In this document: one piece after another, positions 37,995 to 47,537 of the stretch
How the letters are laid out: each line of letters opens with the position of its first letter
Numbering within the stretch: position 1 is the stretch's first letter
IMG/VR virus record: IMGVR_UViG_3300024268_000035
Span: 37,522 to 101,521 of that record
Strand: one strand, 5' to 3'
Source of the DNA: a virus
Taxonomy: Duplodnaviria; Caudoviricetes
Length of the DNA stretch: 64,000 nt
The notes under the pieces: model-generated
The model's database searches: none
What the model was told of the DNA's origin: nothing
Seen by the model: only the letters and a program-made list of their open reading frames with translations
Program-made: the position numbers and the translations under genes

Positions 37995-38761
37995 TGACAG
38001 TAATAAAAACGGAATTTGATGTCGAAAGAGTCAAGAATGAGTGTGTACAATGGATTCGAGACTACTTTGAAAAGAATGGTAAGGATTGTAATGCGGTTGT
38101 CGGGATCTCCGGTGGTAAAGATTCATCTGTTGTTGCAGCTCTGTGTGTAGAAGCTCTGGGACGTGACAGAGTTATCGGTGTTTTGATGCCTCAGGGTGAA
38201 CAATCTGATATCGAATACAGTTATAAGCTCGTCAATCATTTAGGTATTCGCAACTACGTGATCGATATTGCAATGCCGGTGTTTAATGTTTTGCAGAACA
38301 TGAGAAAGACCGGCATTGAACCAAGTGAACAGACAATAGTGAATCTTCCTGCAAGAATTCGTATGGCTACTTTATTTGCCGTATCTCAGAGCTGCAACGG
38401 ACGTGTTGCCAATACGTGCAATCTTTCTGAGGATTGGATCGGGTATTCTACTTTGTTTGGAGATAGCGTAGGACAATTTGCTCCTATCTCGCAGTTGACG
38501 GCAAGTGAAGTGGTTTTGCTTGGCAAAGCACTTGGTTTACCGGACGAGTTGATTTACAAGGCTCCTTCTGATGGTCTTACCGGAAAGACAGACGAGGAAA
38601 ACTTCGGATTTACATACGATGTGCTTGATCTGTATCTCAGAACCGGTTTCTGCTATGATGAAGAAATCAAAAAGAAGATTGATTCTAAACATCGTGCAAA
38701 CAAGTTCAAGCTGGAACCCATGCCGTTCTATGATCCGGGGATTATGAATTATGCGGCTTGA
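37994..38761 (+). CDS. nadE: NH3-dependent NAD+ synthetase
   Basis: GISGGKDS, ARIRM, NLSE..IGY.TLFGD, KAPSDGL..TDE. Confidence 0.9.
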   Translation: MTVIKTEFDVERVKNECVQWIRDYFEKNGKDCNAVVGISGGKDSSVVAALCVEALGRDRVIGVLMPQGEQSDIEYSYKLVNHLGIRNYVIDIAMPVFNVLQNMRKTGIEPSEQTIVNLPARIRMATLFAVSQSCNGRVANTCNLSEDWIGYSTLFGDSVGQFAPISQLTASEVVLLGKALGLPDELIYKAPSDGLTGKTDEENFGFTYDVLDLYLRTGFCYDEEIKKKIDSKHRANKFKLEPMPFYDPGIMNYAA

Positions 38762-39251
38762 GAATGTGAAGTATTTGAAACTTTGCGGAGAAGCGGTTGA
38801 GATGGTATTTAATCGTACCAAAACTCAATTCCGCTTCCCTGTAAGGGATATTGAACAACCACCATATGCTATTGGAGATATTATCGGTATCAAAGAGGCG
38901 TGGGCTAAGATTGAAGATGTTTACTTTTACAGAGTATCGGGTGTCCTTCCTAACTGGACAAATGAGACGTGGCATTCATCTGTGTGTATGCCGGAAGAAG
39001 CGGTACGGATTTTCTTGAAAGTAGAGAATGTAGAGGTACAGCATCTTAAAGATATTACAGTAGATGAGGTAGATAAGGAAGGTATATGGAAGTATGGTTC
39101 CATGTTCCCTATCCTGACATTTGCCAATGCTTGGGATAAATCACTATCTGCGAAAAAGAAAGATGTATATTGTTGGGATAAAAATCCGCTTGTATGGGTT
39201 GTAACATTCCGAAGAATGGATGAGCAGGAGTGTTCTGAGGAATATGAATGA
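38751..39251 (+). CDS. ASCH-like phage protein
   Basis: KTQFR, PY..GD.I..KEAW, WHSSVCMP, NPLVWVVTF. Confidence 0.65.
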   Translation: MRLENVKYLKLCGEAVEMVFNRTKTQFRFPVRDIEQPPYAIGDIIGIKEAWAKIEDVYFYRVSGVLPNWTNETWHSSVCMPEEAVRIFLKVENVEVQHLKDITVDEVDKEGIWKYGSMFPILTFANAWDKSLSAKKKDVYCWDKNPLVWVVTFRRMDEQECSEEYE

Positions 39252-39583
39252 ACGAAATCAGAGAAACAGCGATTGACCACATGGCTGGAGAAGACTACGC
39301 AACAATATGTAGTAGTGAAAAGAAATGGATTAACTATATACAGAAGTTGAAAGCTAAAAATCCTAAAGAAGTTGAAATCAAATGTGTAAATTCAGATGGG
39401 AGTGTAGTAGCCAAGTTCCCAGCAGCGTGGATAAGAATCAAGCCGAAGAAAAAAGTGAACTTAACTCCGGCACAGATTGAAGCATCAAAAGAGCGGCTTG
39501 AGGCAGGAAGACTGAAAAGATTAAAAATGATTGGAGATGGGAGTGCTTATGTAGAAAAACTGAAAGGAAGCATAACCGAATGA
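39248..39583 (+). CDS. hypothetical protein
   Basis: Operonic ORF. Confidence 0.7.
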   Translation: MNEIRETAIDHMAGEDYATICSSEKKWINYIQKLKAKNPKEVEIKCVNSDGSVVAKFPAAWIRIKPKKKVNLTPAQIEASKERLEAGRLKRLKMIGDGSAYVEKLKGSITE

Positions 39584-39768
39584 ACGAAGAGAAGAAGACG
39601 TGTAAGGGGTGTATTTGGGTAGATCAATGCGAATCAGATAAGAGATGTGAAGATTATACCCCGGTAGATGTTGATGAAGATGATGTTAAATATTACAATC
39701 AGATAATCAAAGAAAATACAGAAGAATATGAAGATCTTGTTAAGGAACAGGATGAGACAAAAGAATAA
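39580..39768 (+). CDS. hypothetical protein
   Basis: Operonic ORF. Confidence 0.6.
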   Translation: MNEEKKTCKGCIWVDQCESDKRCEDYTPVDVDEDDVKYYNQIIKENTEEYEDLVKEQDETKE

Positions 39769-39816
39769 TAGCCTTGGCGGGGAATCCCGCCTTGGTATAT
39801 TCAAAGGAGCGTAATA

Positions 39817-40374
39817 ATGAATGGATTTAACAAAGAGGAATGGTTGCAAAAAACCGAAGAATACTTAATCTATATTGATCGTCACAAGAAAAACATTGCT
39901 GAGGCGTGGCGTGAGTTACGTACAGCATTGAAGAATATTGGTTTGGTCAAATGGGATGTGATCCAGTGCGAAATGGAAGCTCGTATTGAGTATCATGACG
40001 ACAGTAAATTGGACGAGGGAGAGTTTTTACCGTACCGTCAGAAGTTCTATCCAGTTTCCGGAGAAATTGTCTCAGAGGATTCATTTGCTGCTGCGTGTCA
40101 GCGTCACTATTTTATAAACGATCATCACTGGCAGCACTGGATTGATAAAGAGGGAAATTTTGAAGAGTGTTGCGATGTAAGAACGAAGATGTGTGCGTTT
40201 ATTGAAATGATTTGCGACTGGCAGGCGATGAGTTATGAGTTTGGTGGTTCTGCTCCGCAGTATTTCAGAGAGAATAAGGATAAGATCCGTATTGATCCCA
40301 ACTGGCTTCCGTTTGTTGAAGAAATTTTGGATTGCCTTGAACAGCATTTATCTCAGAAAGAGAGCTGCGTATGA
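39817..40374 (+). CDS. DUF5662-like HD-domain protein
   Basis: HDDSK, H...NDHHWQHW, EMICDW. Confidence 0.7.
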   Translation: MNGFNKEEWLQKTEEYLIYIDRHKKNIAEAWRELRTALKNIGLVKWDVIQCEMEARIEYHDDSKLDEGEFLPYRQKFYPVSGEIVSEDSFAAACQRHYFINDHHWQHWIDKEGNFEECCDVRTKMCAFIEMICDWQAMSYEFGGSAPQYFRENKDKIRIDPNWLPFVEEILDCLEQHLSQKESCV

Positions 40375-40712
40375 ACCGGAAACAAAAGAGAAATTTTATA
40401 AAACTTGCTAAGGGCAAGGGCGTAGATCCAAAAATTGCCGAATTGTATATGCGCCTAAAGGATCAAGGTGTGATGCTTGACAATATCAGCGATGGAGATA
40501 GAGTAAAACTGAACCTTAAAGTAATTCAGTCTCATCCTGATTACAAAAGACTTTCCGAAAAGTATAAAAATTTCGTTATGGAAAATGCAGACACAATTTT
40601 TACAGTTCGTTTGGATCCGCGAGGTGGAGATCTCAATAATGTTGTCAGTCTGAAGGAAGATTCAGCAGGATGGTTGTTTTGGACTGGTGATTTGATAAAA
40701 GTAAACGAATAG
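40371..40712 (+). CDS. hypothetical protein
   Basis: Operonic ORF. Confidence 0.7.
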   Translation: MNRKQKRNFIKLAKGKGVDPKIAELYMRLKDQGVMLDNISDGDRVKLNLKVIQSHPDYKRLSEKYKNFVMENADTIFTVRLDPRGGDLNNVVSLKEDSAGWLFWTGDLIKVNE

Positions 40713-40731
40713 ACTCAAGGAGGGGTGCAAT

Positions 40732-43509
40732 ATAAGTCTTGATAAGCAAATACATATCTACAGTTTCGACACAAGTGCATTTTACACGGATGAAGAACAC
40801 GAACTGGAGATTAAGATAAATACACTGTGTACTGAGAAGCTCATTTTGAAATCACAGCGCAGTATTTTGTCTGGATATTATTACGGAGGGGTTCCGTATG
40901 AAAAAGCAATTTCGCAATATAGAGCATTATTGAAAATGCGGCGTGATGAACCGGTAGAATTGGACGACCCTGAACGCATTAAGGATATCAATGATGAAGT
41001 AAAAGCGTTGAATGCCCAAATCAAGTCCCACAAAGAGCGTTTGGTAACTCTCTTATCAGAGCATAATGGAACGCGAATCCTTAGAAGTGAGTATGTTATA
41101 AGCAAGAACATTATTTCTGTGTTTGAATCAATGCTGACTCGCACACTTGGAATGCAGGCAGGTATTCTGTATGATGATTTTATGGTTATCCGAACATATT
41201 ATTTCGATGTTGTAAGAGACATGATTTTGAATGGGTATATGTATAACGGCGAGAAATATGTGTGCTTTACTGCTTCTGCCGGACAGATTCGGACTAAAAA
41301 AACAGTTTTCATAAAAGAGAGCGTATGGAAACAGTATCAAAAAACGCTGATGTGTGGGCTTACTGTGGACAGCATCAATTCATATGGCGGTATCAACATC
41401 AATAAATATCTTGCTTATCTTGCCTTGTGCAACAGCGCAACTGATCCGTGGCTTGATTTCGATATACATAAATCTATCGTTGTAGATGATATGGAAACAA
41501 GTGTAAGTGGTGTTGTTGATTTTATCGATCATCATACATATCAGATTGAACGTAAAACGATGGAGATTCCAATCAAGCATACGGATGGATGCGGAATGGT
41601 ACTGCCGACAAGATGTCCTAAAAATACAATGGTACGCTTACCTTGGGTTAAAGGTTTGTTGGCGGTTTTTCCATTCGACAAGTTTATCAGGGAAGCAGAC
41701 AAACGCGAACCTGAAATCCGTCATGGGGTAGTAAAAGATATATATGGAAAAGAACATGATATTCTCGAAGAAGGAATTGAAATTATCTTCACCAAAAGTC
41801 AGTTCAAAATGTACAAGTATTATAAGAGTTGGGAGGAATACACCGACTTTTATCTCAAATATGGGTGTACAGCGGGTAAATGTAATGAGGAAGAAGATTT
41901 TCTTCCTGACGCTAAACTGAATTATCAGATGCTTCAAACCCTTACGGACATCACTGACGAGGAACTGGAAAAACTTGCTGCGCGTTCTGTAGATAAGATT
42001 GCTCGGATTGCTTCTGATCGTACCACAATGCTTGAAGTATTTGGTGCGTCTACACAGTACAAGAATAAAAATGCCTTTCAGGAGTGTTTGCAGATTTATC
42101 CTGAATTGCTGTCTGACCCATATACAAAAGAGATGTTGAAGCAGATTAAGAAAAATCTTGTTCAGGAAGCGAAGTCAGCGAAGATTGACATTTCTGCAAA
42201 ATATATGTTTTTGATTCCTGATTTATATGCTTTTTGTGAATGGCTGTTTTTAGGAATCAAAGATCCTGTTGGACTTCTGGCAGATAATGAAGTGTCTTGT
42301 CACTTATATCGAAACGCATATAAGCTCGATTGTCTGCGTTCTCCGCATTTGTACAGGGAACACGCTGTACGACAGAATGTAATAAAACCTGCAACTCGTA
42401 AGTGGTTTACTCCGAATGCCATTTATACAAGCTGTCATGATTTGATTTCAAAGATACTGCAATTCGATTGTGATGGAGATAAGAGTTTGGTGTGTGCGGA
42501 CGAGCTGATTGTTGAGATCGCAGAACGTAATATGAAGGATATTGTTCCGCTGTATTATGAGATGGCAAATGCAGGTGTTGTGCAAATTACAGATGAAGAG
42601 ATTTTCAAAGGACTTCGCGCTGCGTGGACAGGAGGCAACATCGGTGTTATCAGTAATGATATCACAAAAATCTGGAACAGCAAAGATGTTGATCTTAACT
42701 CTATTAAGATATTATGTATGGAAAACAATTTCTGTATAGATTATGCCAAGACCTTATATAAGCCCACTCGTCCGGCTGAGATCGACAGTAAACTTTCTCG
42801 TATTACTGGTGAAAAGGCTCCACACTTTTTTACGTATGCAAAAAAGAAGGAGATTGGACGTGTACAGAAACTGAACAACAGTGTTGTAAATCGGCTTGAG
42901 ACAATCATTCCGAATAAACGAATGTCTTTCTCTGCCAAAAATATCGGAGCTTTCCGATATCAATATATGCTTTCAAAACCATCTGAATGTATCGACATGG
43001 TACAGGATGTAGTAAATCTGTATAATGAGGTTGAGAAAAAGTACCGTTATTCTATTAGCTTCTATGATGATGTAACGAACTTCGCGTATATCAGAGATAT
43101 GATACTCAAAGAATTTGCATCACTGGGATACGACATGAATGATGTGTGTGATACGCTTGTAAAATATCTGTTTGATATGAAACAGAGTAAGCGGAAGAAT
43201 GTGTTTTGGATGTGTTTCGGAGATATAGTATATCAGAATCTTGCGAACAATTTGCCGGAAGGATCCATCCAGTGCAGGAAATGCGGTGAACGGTTTATTC
43301 CTACTTCTCCACAAAAACAGATTTGCGATAAGTGTGCCACATACAAGCCTGCAGGCAAAAAGATAAAGCGTTGTGCTGACTGCGGCAAAGAATTTGAAGT
43401 TGCAGGGTATGTAAAGAATAAAAAGCGTTGTGATGAGTGTCAGAACGCACATGATAAGGAACTGAGAGCCGAACGAAATTCAAGATACTACACAAATCAC
43501 AAAAATTAA
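40732..43509 (+). CDS. YonO-like single-subunit RNA polymerase
   Basis: TASAGQIR, TDGCG, RLPWVKG, LRSPH, catalytic QFDCDGD; C-terminal zinc ribbons; frame extends upstream to ATA 40732 behind AAGGAGG. Confidence 0.85.
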   Translation: MSLDKQIHIYSFDTSAFYTDEEHELEIKINTLCTEKLILKSQRSILSGYYYGGVPYEKAISQYRALLKMRRDEPVELDDPERIKDINDEVKALNAQIKSHKERLVTLLSEHNGTRILRSEYVISKNIISVFESMLTRTLGMQAGILYDDFMVIRTYYFDVVRDMILNGYMYNGEKYVCFTASAGQIRTKKTVFIKESVWKQYQKTLMCGLTVDSINSYGGININKYLAYLALCNSATDPWLDFDIHKSIVVDDMETSVSGVVDFIDHHTYQIERKTMEIPIKHTDGCGMVLPTRCPKNTMVRLPWVKGLLAVFPFDKFIREADKREPEIRHGVVKDIYGKEHDILEEGIEIIFTKSQFKMYKYYKSWEEYTDFYLKYGCTAGKCNEEEDFLPDAKLNYQMLQTLTDITDEELEKLAARSVDKIARIASDRTTMLEVFGASTQYKNKNAFQECLQIYPELLSDPYTKEMLKQIKKNLVQEAKSAKIDISAKYMFLIPDLYAFCEWLFLGIKDPVGLLADNEVSCHLYRNAYKLDCLRSPHLYREHAVRQNVIKPATRKWFTPNAIYTSCHDLISKILQFDCDGDKSLVCADELIVEIAERNMKDIVPLYYEMANAGVVQITDEEIFKGLRAAWTGGNIGVISNDITKIWNSKDVDLNSIKILCMENNFCIDYAKTLYKPTRPAEIDSKLSRITGEKAPHFFTYAKKKEIGRVQKLNNSVVNRLETIIPNKRMSFSAKNIGAFRYQYMLSKPSECIDMVQDVVNLYNEVEKKYRYSISFYDDVTNFAYIRDMILKEFASLGYDMNDVCDTLVKYLFDMKQSKRKNVFWMCFGDIVYQNLANNLPEGSIQCRKCGERFIPTSPQKQICDKCATYKPAGKKIKRCADCGKEFEVAGYVKNKKRCDECQNAHDKELRAERNSRYYTNHKN

Positions 43510-43762
43510 GACGGTTTTTATTTAGAAGTCATGGCTACAAAAATTGCCGTTGTTCAACGTGTGTTACGGTTGGCGATTATCACAAAACACTATGTTTCAG
43601 AAAGATGACAAAGACGTTGACCAACGTGGTTTTCTGCGTCAAATAAATAATTGTCTATAAGGGAAGAAAACCGTTTTTATAAATATATTCGGCATCACCC
43701 GTCCGTAGGCTGCGGGAGCAACCGTAGCCTCGGATATCTTATTAACAAAGGACTGATAAATA

Positions 43763-43993
43763 ATGATCCAAGTAACAAAAGAAGAAGCTCGTGTATTGAG
43801 AGAACTGTATCCTGAATACAAGGTTACAAGAACGATGAAACAGGACTCCAGCCGTCATCATTATTATGCCACTGAAGCTGAGGGCATGATGAGAGCGATT
43901 GCAAGCACAAATAGTGCTGCCGCTGCTGTTGTGGCTCGAATTGATCGTGAGCGTGAACTTAATCGTAAACGTCATGAAAGACAGAGAGGTTAA
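43763..43993 (+). CDS. hypothetical protein
   Basis: ORF with RBS. Confidence 0.65.
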   Translation: MIQVTKEEARVLRELYPEYKVTRTMKQDSSRHHYYATEAEGMMRAIASTNSAAAAVVARIDRERELNRKRHERQRG

Positions 43994-43996
43994 ATC

Positions 43997-44197
43997 ATGG
44001 CAAGCGTTGTAAAAAGTGAAAGCTTTGAAAATGCTACCATAGATATTAACGATATGACGATTACGGAGTATGGTAGGGACGATACAAAATCGTATAGTTT
44101 ACTTGAACTGTTGAAACGATGGGACGGAATACCTAATATCACTCTGTCTGTCCGGAAAATTGAAACATTGCCACCAGACGGGAGGGATGAAGTGTGA
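43997..44197 (+). CDS. small protein (SPbeta YonK-like)
   Basis: TITEY..D...YSL.ELL..WDG; position before the phosphoesterase. Confidence 0.5.
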   Translation: MASVVKSESFENATIDINDMTITEYGRDDTKSYSLLELLKRWDGIPNITLSVRKIETLPPDGRDEV

Positions 44198-45429
44198 ATC
44201 CTAAATACAATCGTCTTGAAAACGAAAACGAATATGAATATGGGCTTCGACTTATTGAGATAAAGGTAGAACAGAATCCGGAAGATCTGGATTGGTCAGA
44301 TATTGTTTCGTTACTCGGAATGAATGTGCATTACGACAGCTTGCGTAAAGCTGCCAATGTTACGCCTTATTCCGGCTATCATGTAATGAAATACTTCAAG
44401 TCTAAGCAAAACAATGGTTCTGAGGACAATTCATATCTTAGTGAGTTGGATCAAAAAATGCTTGAGTTTCAAAAGGAACGACAGAGGTTTTTCGATCAAA
44501 GAGTAGAACTGAATAAGGCTATACGCAAGATGGCGCGATGTGATGAGAACTCAGAGATTTTTGAACGTGCGATTGCCAATGGTGTATTCCCGCGTCTGGA
44601 ATATAATCCAAACACTGTAGAACAGTCTGAGTATGATTTGCTTGTAAGTCTTAACGATCTTCATTTTGGGGCGTATGTAGACAACTATTGGAATTATTAT
44701 AATTCTGATGTGTGTAGAGGCTTTTTGCAGGACTACATTTCAAGTATCATCGAAACAGCCAAGCGGTATGATGCGGAAAACTGTTATGTGTGGGCGAATG
44801 GCGATTTGATTAGCGGAAATATACATAAGACAATTGCTGTATCAAACAGAGAAAATGTGATTGAACAGGTTGTCGGTGTGTCTGAATTGATTTCGGAATT
44901 TCTGGCAGAACTGAGCAATCATTTTCGTAACGTATATTTTTCTTCTGTTGCTGGCAATCATTCCAGACTTGAAGAAAAAGATAAGGCATCCATTCATGAA
45001 CGAATGGATGATCTTGTAGAGTGGTATCTGAAGGCACGTTTACAGAATTTTGAGAATGTTGTATTCGACCATTATCGCAAGATTGACGATACTATGTACT
45101 TACTTGATATTAGAGGAAAGACATATCTTGGTGTACATGGAGATTTTGATAATTCAGAAAGCAAAGTGCAATCGCTTAAAACAATGGCAAAAGAGCCTAT
45201 ATATGCAATTTTGTCTGGGCATTTACACCATAATAAAAATGACAATGTTCAGGATGTTAAGACAATAATGGCGGGGAGCTTTCTCGGTATGGATGATTTT
45301 TGTGTAGAGAAACGTATATATGGTATTCAACAGCAGTTGATCTGTGTATGCAGCTCTTCTGGCGTAAAGGCATTTTGCGATGTGGATTTTGATGCGGATA
45401 AATACCGTACAAAAAGTTTGATTAGTTAG
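44194..45429 (+). CDS. calcineurin-like metallophosphoesterase
   Basis: NDLHFG, GDLISG, GNH, HGD, GHLHH. Confidence 0.85.
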   Translation: MNPKYNRLENENEYEYGLRLIEIKVEQNPEDLDWSDIVSLLGMNVHYDSLRKAANVTPYSGYHVMKYFKSKQNNGSEDNSYLSELDQKMLEFQKERQRFFDQRVELNKAIRKMARCDENSEIFERAIANGVFPRLEYNPNTVEQSEYDLLVSLNDLHFGAYVDNYWNYYNSDVCRGFLQDYISSIIETAKRYDAENCYVWANGDLISGNIHKTIAVSNRENVIEQVVGVSELISEFLAELSNHFRNVYFSSVAGNHSRLEEKDKASIHERMDDLVEWYLKARLQNFENVVFDHYRKIDDTMYLLDIRGKTYLGVHGDFDNSESKVQSLKTMAKEPIYAILSGHLHHNKNDNVQDVKTIMAGSFLGMDDFCVEKRIYGIQQQLICVCSSSGVKAFCDVDFDADKYRTKSLIS

Positions 45430-45440
45430 TTGGTGAAAAG

Positions 45441-45716
45441 ATGAATAAATCTGATCTCATAAACGCTGTTGCTAAAAGAGGCAATACGAAATATATGGTC
45501 AAGAATATTGTAGACGATGTTTTTGATGAAATTCAGAAGGCTTTGGTAAGTGGCGAGAAGGTACAGATCCGTGGGTTTGGTACTTTTGAAATTAAGGAAT
45601 TCAAGGGGCATCCTGCGGTTCATCCTGAAACGAAAGAGCGAATTGAGATTCCAAGCTATAAGAATATTGTCTTCAATCCCGGAGATGAACTCACACGTTC
45701 CGTAAGAGACAAGTAA
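45441..45716 (+). CDS. hup: HU-family DNA-binding protein
   Basis: MNKSDLI...VQIRGFGTF..HPET. Confidence 0.9.
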   Translation: MNKSDLINAVAKRGNTKYMVKNIVDDVFDEIQKALVSGEKVQIRGFGTFEIKEFKGHPAVHPETKERIEIPSYKNIVFNPGDELTRSVRDK

Positions 45717-45756
45717 AAAAATACGTAAAAATCTAAAATTATTTTGCTAAATCCTA

Positions 45757-45785
45757 TTGACAAACCGTACCGAGTGTGGTATAAT
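45757..45785 (+). promoter_or_regulatory. sigma-A promoter for the RNA cluster
   Basis: TTGACA-N17-TATAAT with extended TG. Confidence 0.85.
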
Positions 45786-45817
45786 AATGATGTCGAAAGG
45801 AAATAGCAAAACAATCT

Positions 45818-45890
45818 GCTGGCGTAACACAAATGGAAGTGTAGCTGACTTGTAATCAGCAGGTTGCAGGTTCGATTCCTGTCGCCAGCT
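45818..45890 (+). tRNA. tRNA-Thr(TGT)
   Basis: GCTGA-CTTGTAA-TCAGC cloverleaf. Confidence 0.9.
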
Positions 45891-45906
45891 TAACAGTTCC
45901 TTGAAA

Positions 45907-46512
45907 ATCAATATCTGAATCATGCTTATTATTAACTCTGTGAAGAAAGTGCGTCAGCACTCGGAGATGCACAGTATTTTCTGTTCAGTATATGAGGGAT
46001 ACCTTATATGTCTGAGCGGCTGGAACATAGCAATGTGTTGTGGGGAGACGGAAACCGTCAACAAAAATGTGTGATGCCAAGAGTTATCGCTACAAAATGC
46101 ACGGAACTTTCGGACGCAGCAATAGACGCTCCCTGTGGGAGAATAAGCCTAAGGGGTTATGGTGTGGCAGCCATAATGACAGAGGTAAAGCCAATAATGC
46201 GTTTCGCCTTGATGTTGAAGAAATTCGACTATAACGAAAGTAGCCGGTTAAAGTAGCCGTAGGGCGTTTGTAAATTTTCTGAATACTCTGATGCGATATT
46301 ATAGAGATTACAAAAAATTATCAAATATAATTCTGAACGAACGGTGAAATTTGCAGGTAAACATTCCTGCGCGGGATTTGGCAGAAATGCTGGGGCAAGA
46401 AGTTAGGAGTCGCTCTCCGAAGCTCAGACTTGTCTCCTCGGTGGCAGAAAATTGGAAGAAGGTAATGGAGGTACGGCGAAGGTCGGATGATAGGTGTGAT
46501 TGAGATATTGAT
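45907..46512 (+). ncRNA. large (~606 nt) structured RNA, ROOL/GOLLD-like
   Basis: 5' ATCAATATCTGAATCATGCTTATTATT pairs with 3' GATGATAGGTGTGATTGAGATATTGAT (~27 bp with G-U pairs, one mismatch); no credible ORF; tRNA-adjacent. Confidence 0.65.
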
Positions 46513-46560
46513 CTATCTAAGGAATTAGCTAATCAATATAATTAGGCAAGGGAGAATGAT

Positions 46561-47379
46561 ATGCAGATTTGCATTAACGCCAAAGACGCAGCACTATTTC
46601 AGAAAATGACCATTGCATATAATGACAATGGTTTGGTGCTGGATTTTGATTCCAATGAAGACGCAAGTGGTTCTGCTCCGCTTGTTTGCTCCGCTACATC
46701 ACCTCTTTATCCCATGGAGGATCTTAACTATCTTTCTTGGAAGGACATTGAGGCAATCGGTGCTTCTGGTAAAGCGCGTGAGTATTTTGCGCTTGGCGCA
46801 CAGAAGAAAGATTACATGAAAAACGGATTTGTTGCAGTATATCAGATTATTGGATTTGACCATGATGATCTGGCAGACGGCTCCGGTAAGGCTCCTATTT
46901 CATGGGATTTGGTGGGTCTTTATAAGGATTCCCACGAAATGAATGAAACGAACACCAATCGTGGTGGATGGGATTCCTGTGGAATGAATAAATGGTTGAA
47001 TGAATACGTCATTCTCATGTGTTCTGACGACCTTCAGTCCGTAATCAAGCCTGTTATCAAACTGACTGCCGAAGGCGGTTGCAGTAAAGAAATCGTTAAG
47101 AGCGTCTGCAAACTGTGGTTAAAGAGTGAAAAAGAACTTTTCGGCAGAACGACATATACTGTCCCCGGAGAAGGTCATTGGTACGAACTCTATCGTCAGG
47201 AAGACACCCCATATTACAGAGAAGATGAAGACGGGGATAAGCGTTGGTATTGGCTCCGCTCTCCGAATGCCAGCAACTCCACCCTCTTCTACAGTGTCTA
47301 CAACCTCGGCCTCTCCGGCAGCAGCTACCTCTACACTGCGTCCGGCTCGAATGGCGTGTGCTTCGGCTTCTCATGTTAA
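46561..47379 (+). CDS. DUF6273-like C-type-lectin-fold protein, probable DGR target
   Basis: IIGFDHD, GGW..C.M..WLN; C-terminal WYWLRSP...GVCFGF with an NNC-rich region and downstream GC hairpin. Confidence 0.75.
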   Translation: MQICINAKDAALFQKMTIAYNDNGLVLDFDSNEDASGSAPLVCSATSPLYPMEDLNYLSWKDIEAIGASGKAREYFALGAQKKDYMKNGFVAVYQIIGFDHDDLADGSGKAPISWDLVGLYKDSHEMNETNTNRGGWDSCGMNKWLNEYVILMCSDDLQSVIKPVIKLTAEGGCSKEIVKSVCKLWLKSEKELFGRTTYTVPGEGHWYELYRQEDTPYYREDEDGDKRWYWLRSPNASNSTLFYSVYNLGLSGSSYLYTASGSNGVCFGFSC

Positions 47380-47537
47380 TCTTTTAATCTCGCCCCCTTG
47401 TGGGGCGGGAAAATCCTGAAAATATGCCGTGTTGGTTAAGTTTACGATTGTGCGGTTTAGCTCATTACTCGACTGCTATTTCAGTAAAAAACCTATCGGT
47501 TGCAAACGAGGTTCTTCGGACGCATGGCTATCCATCT

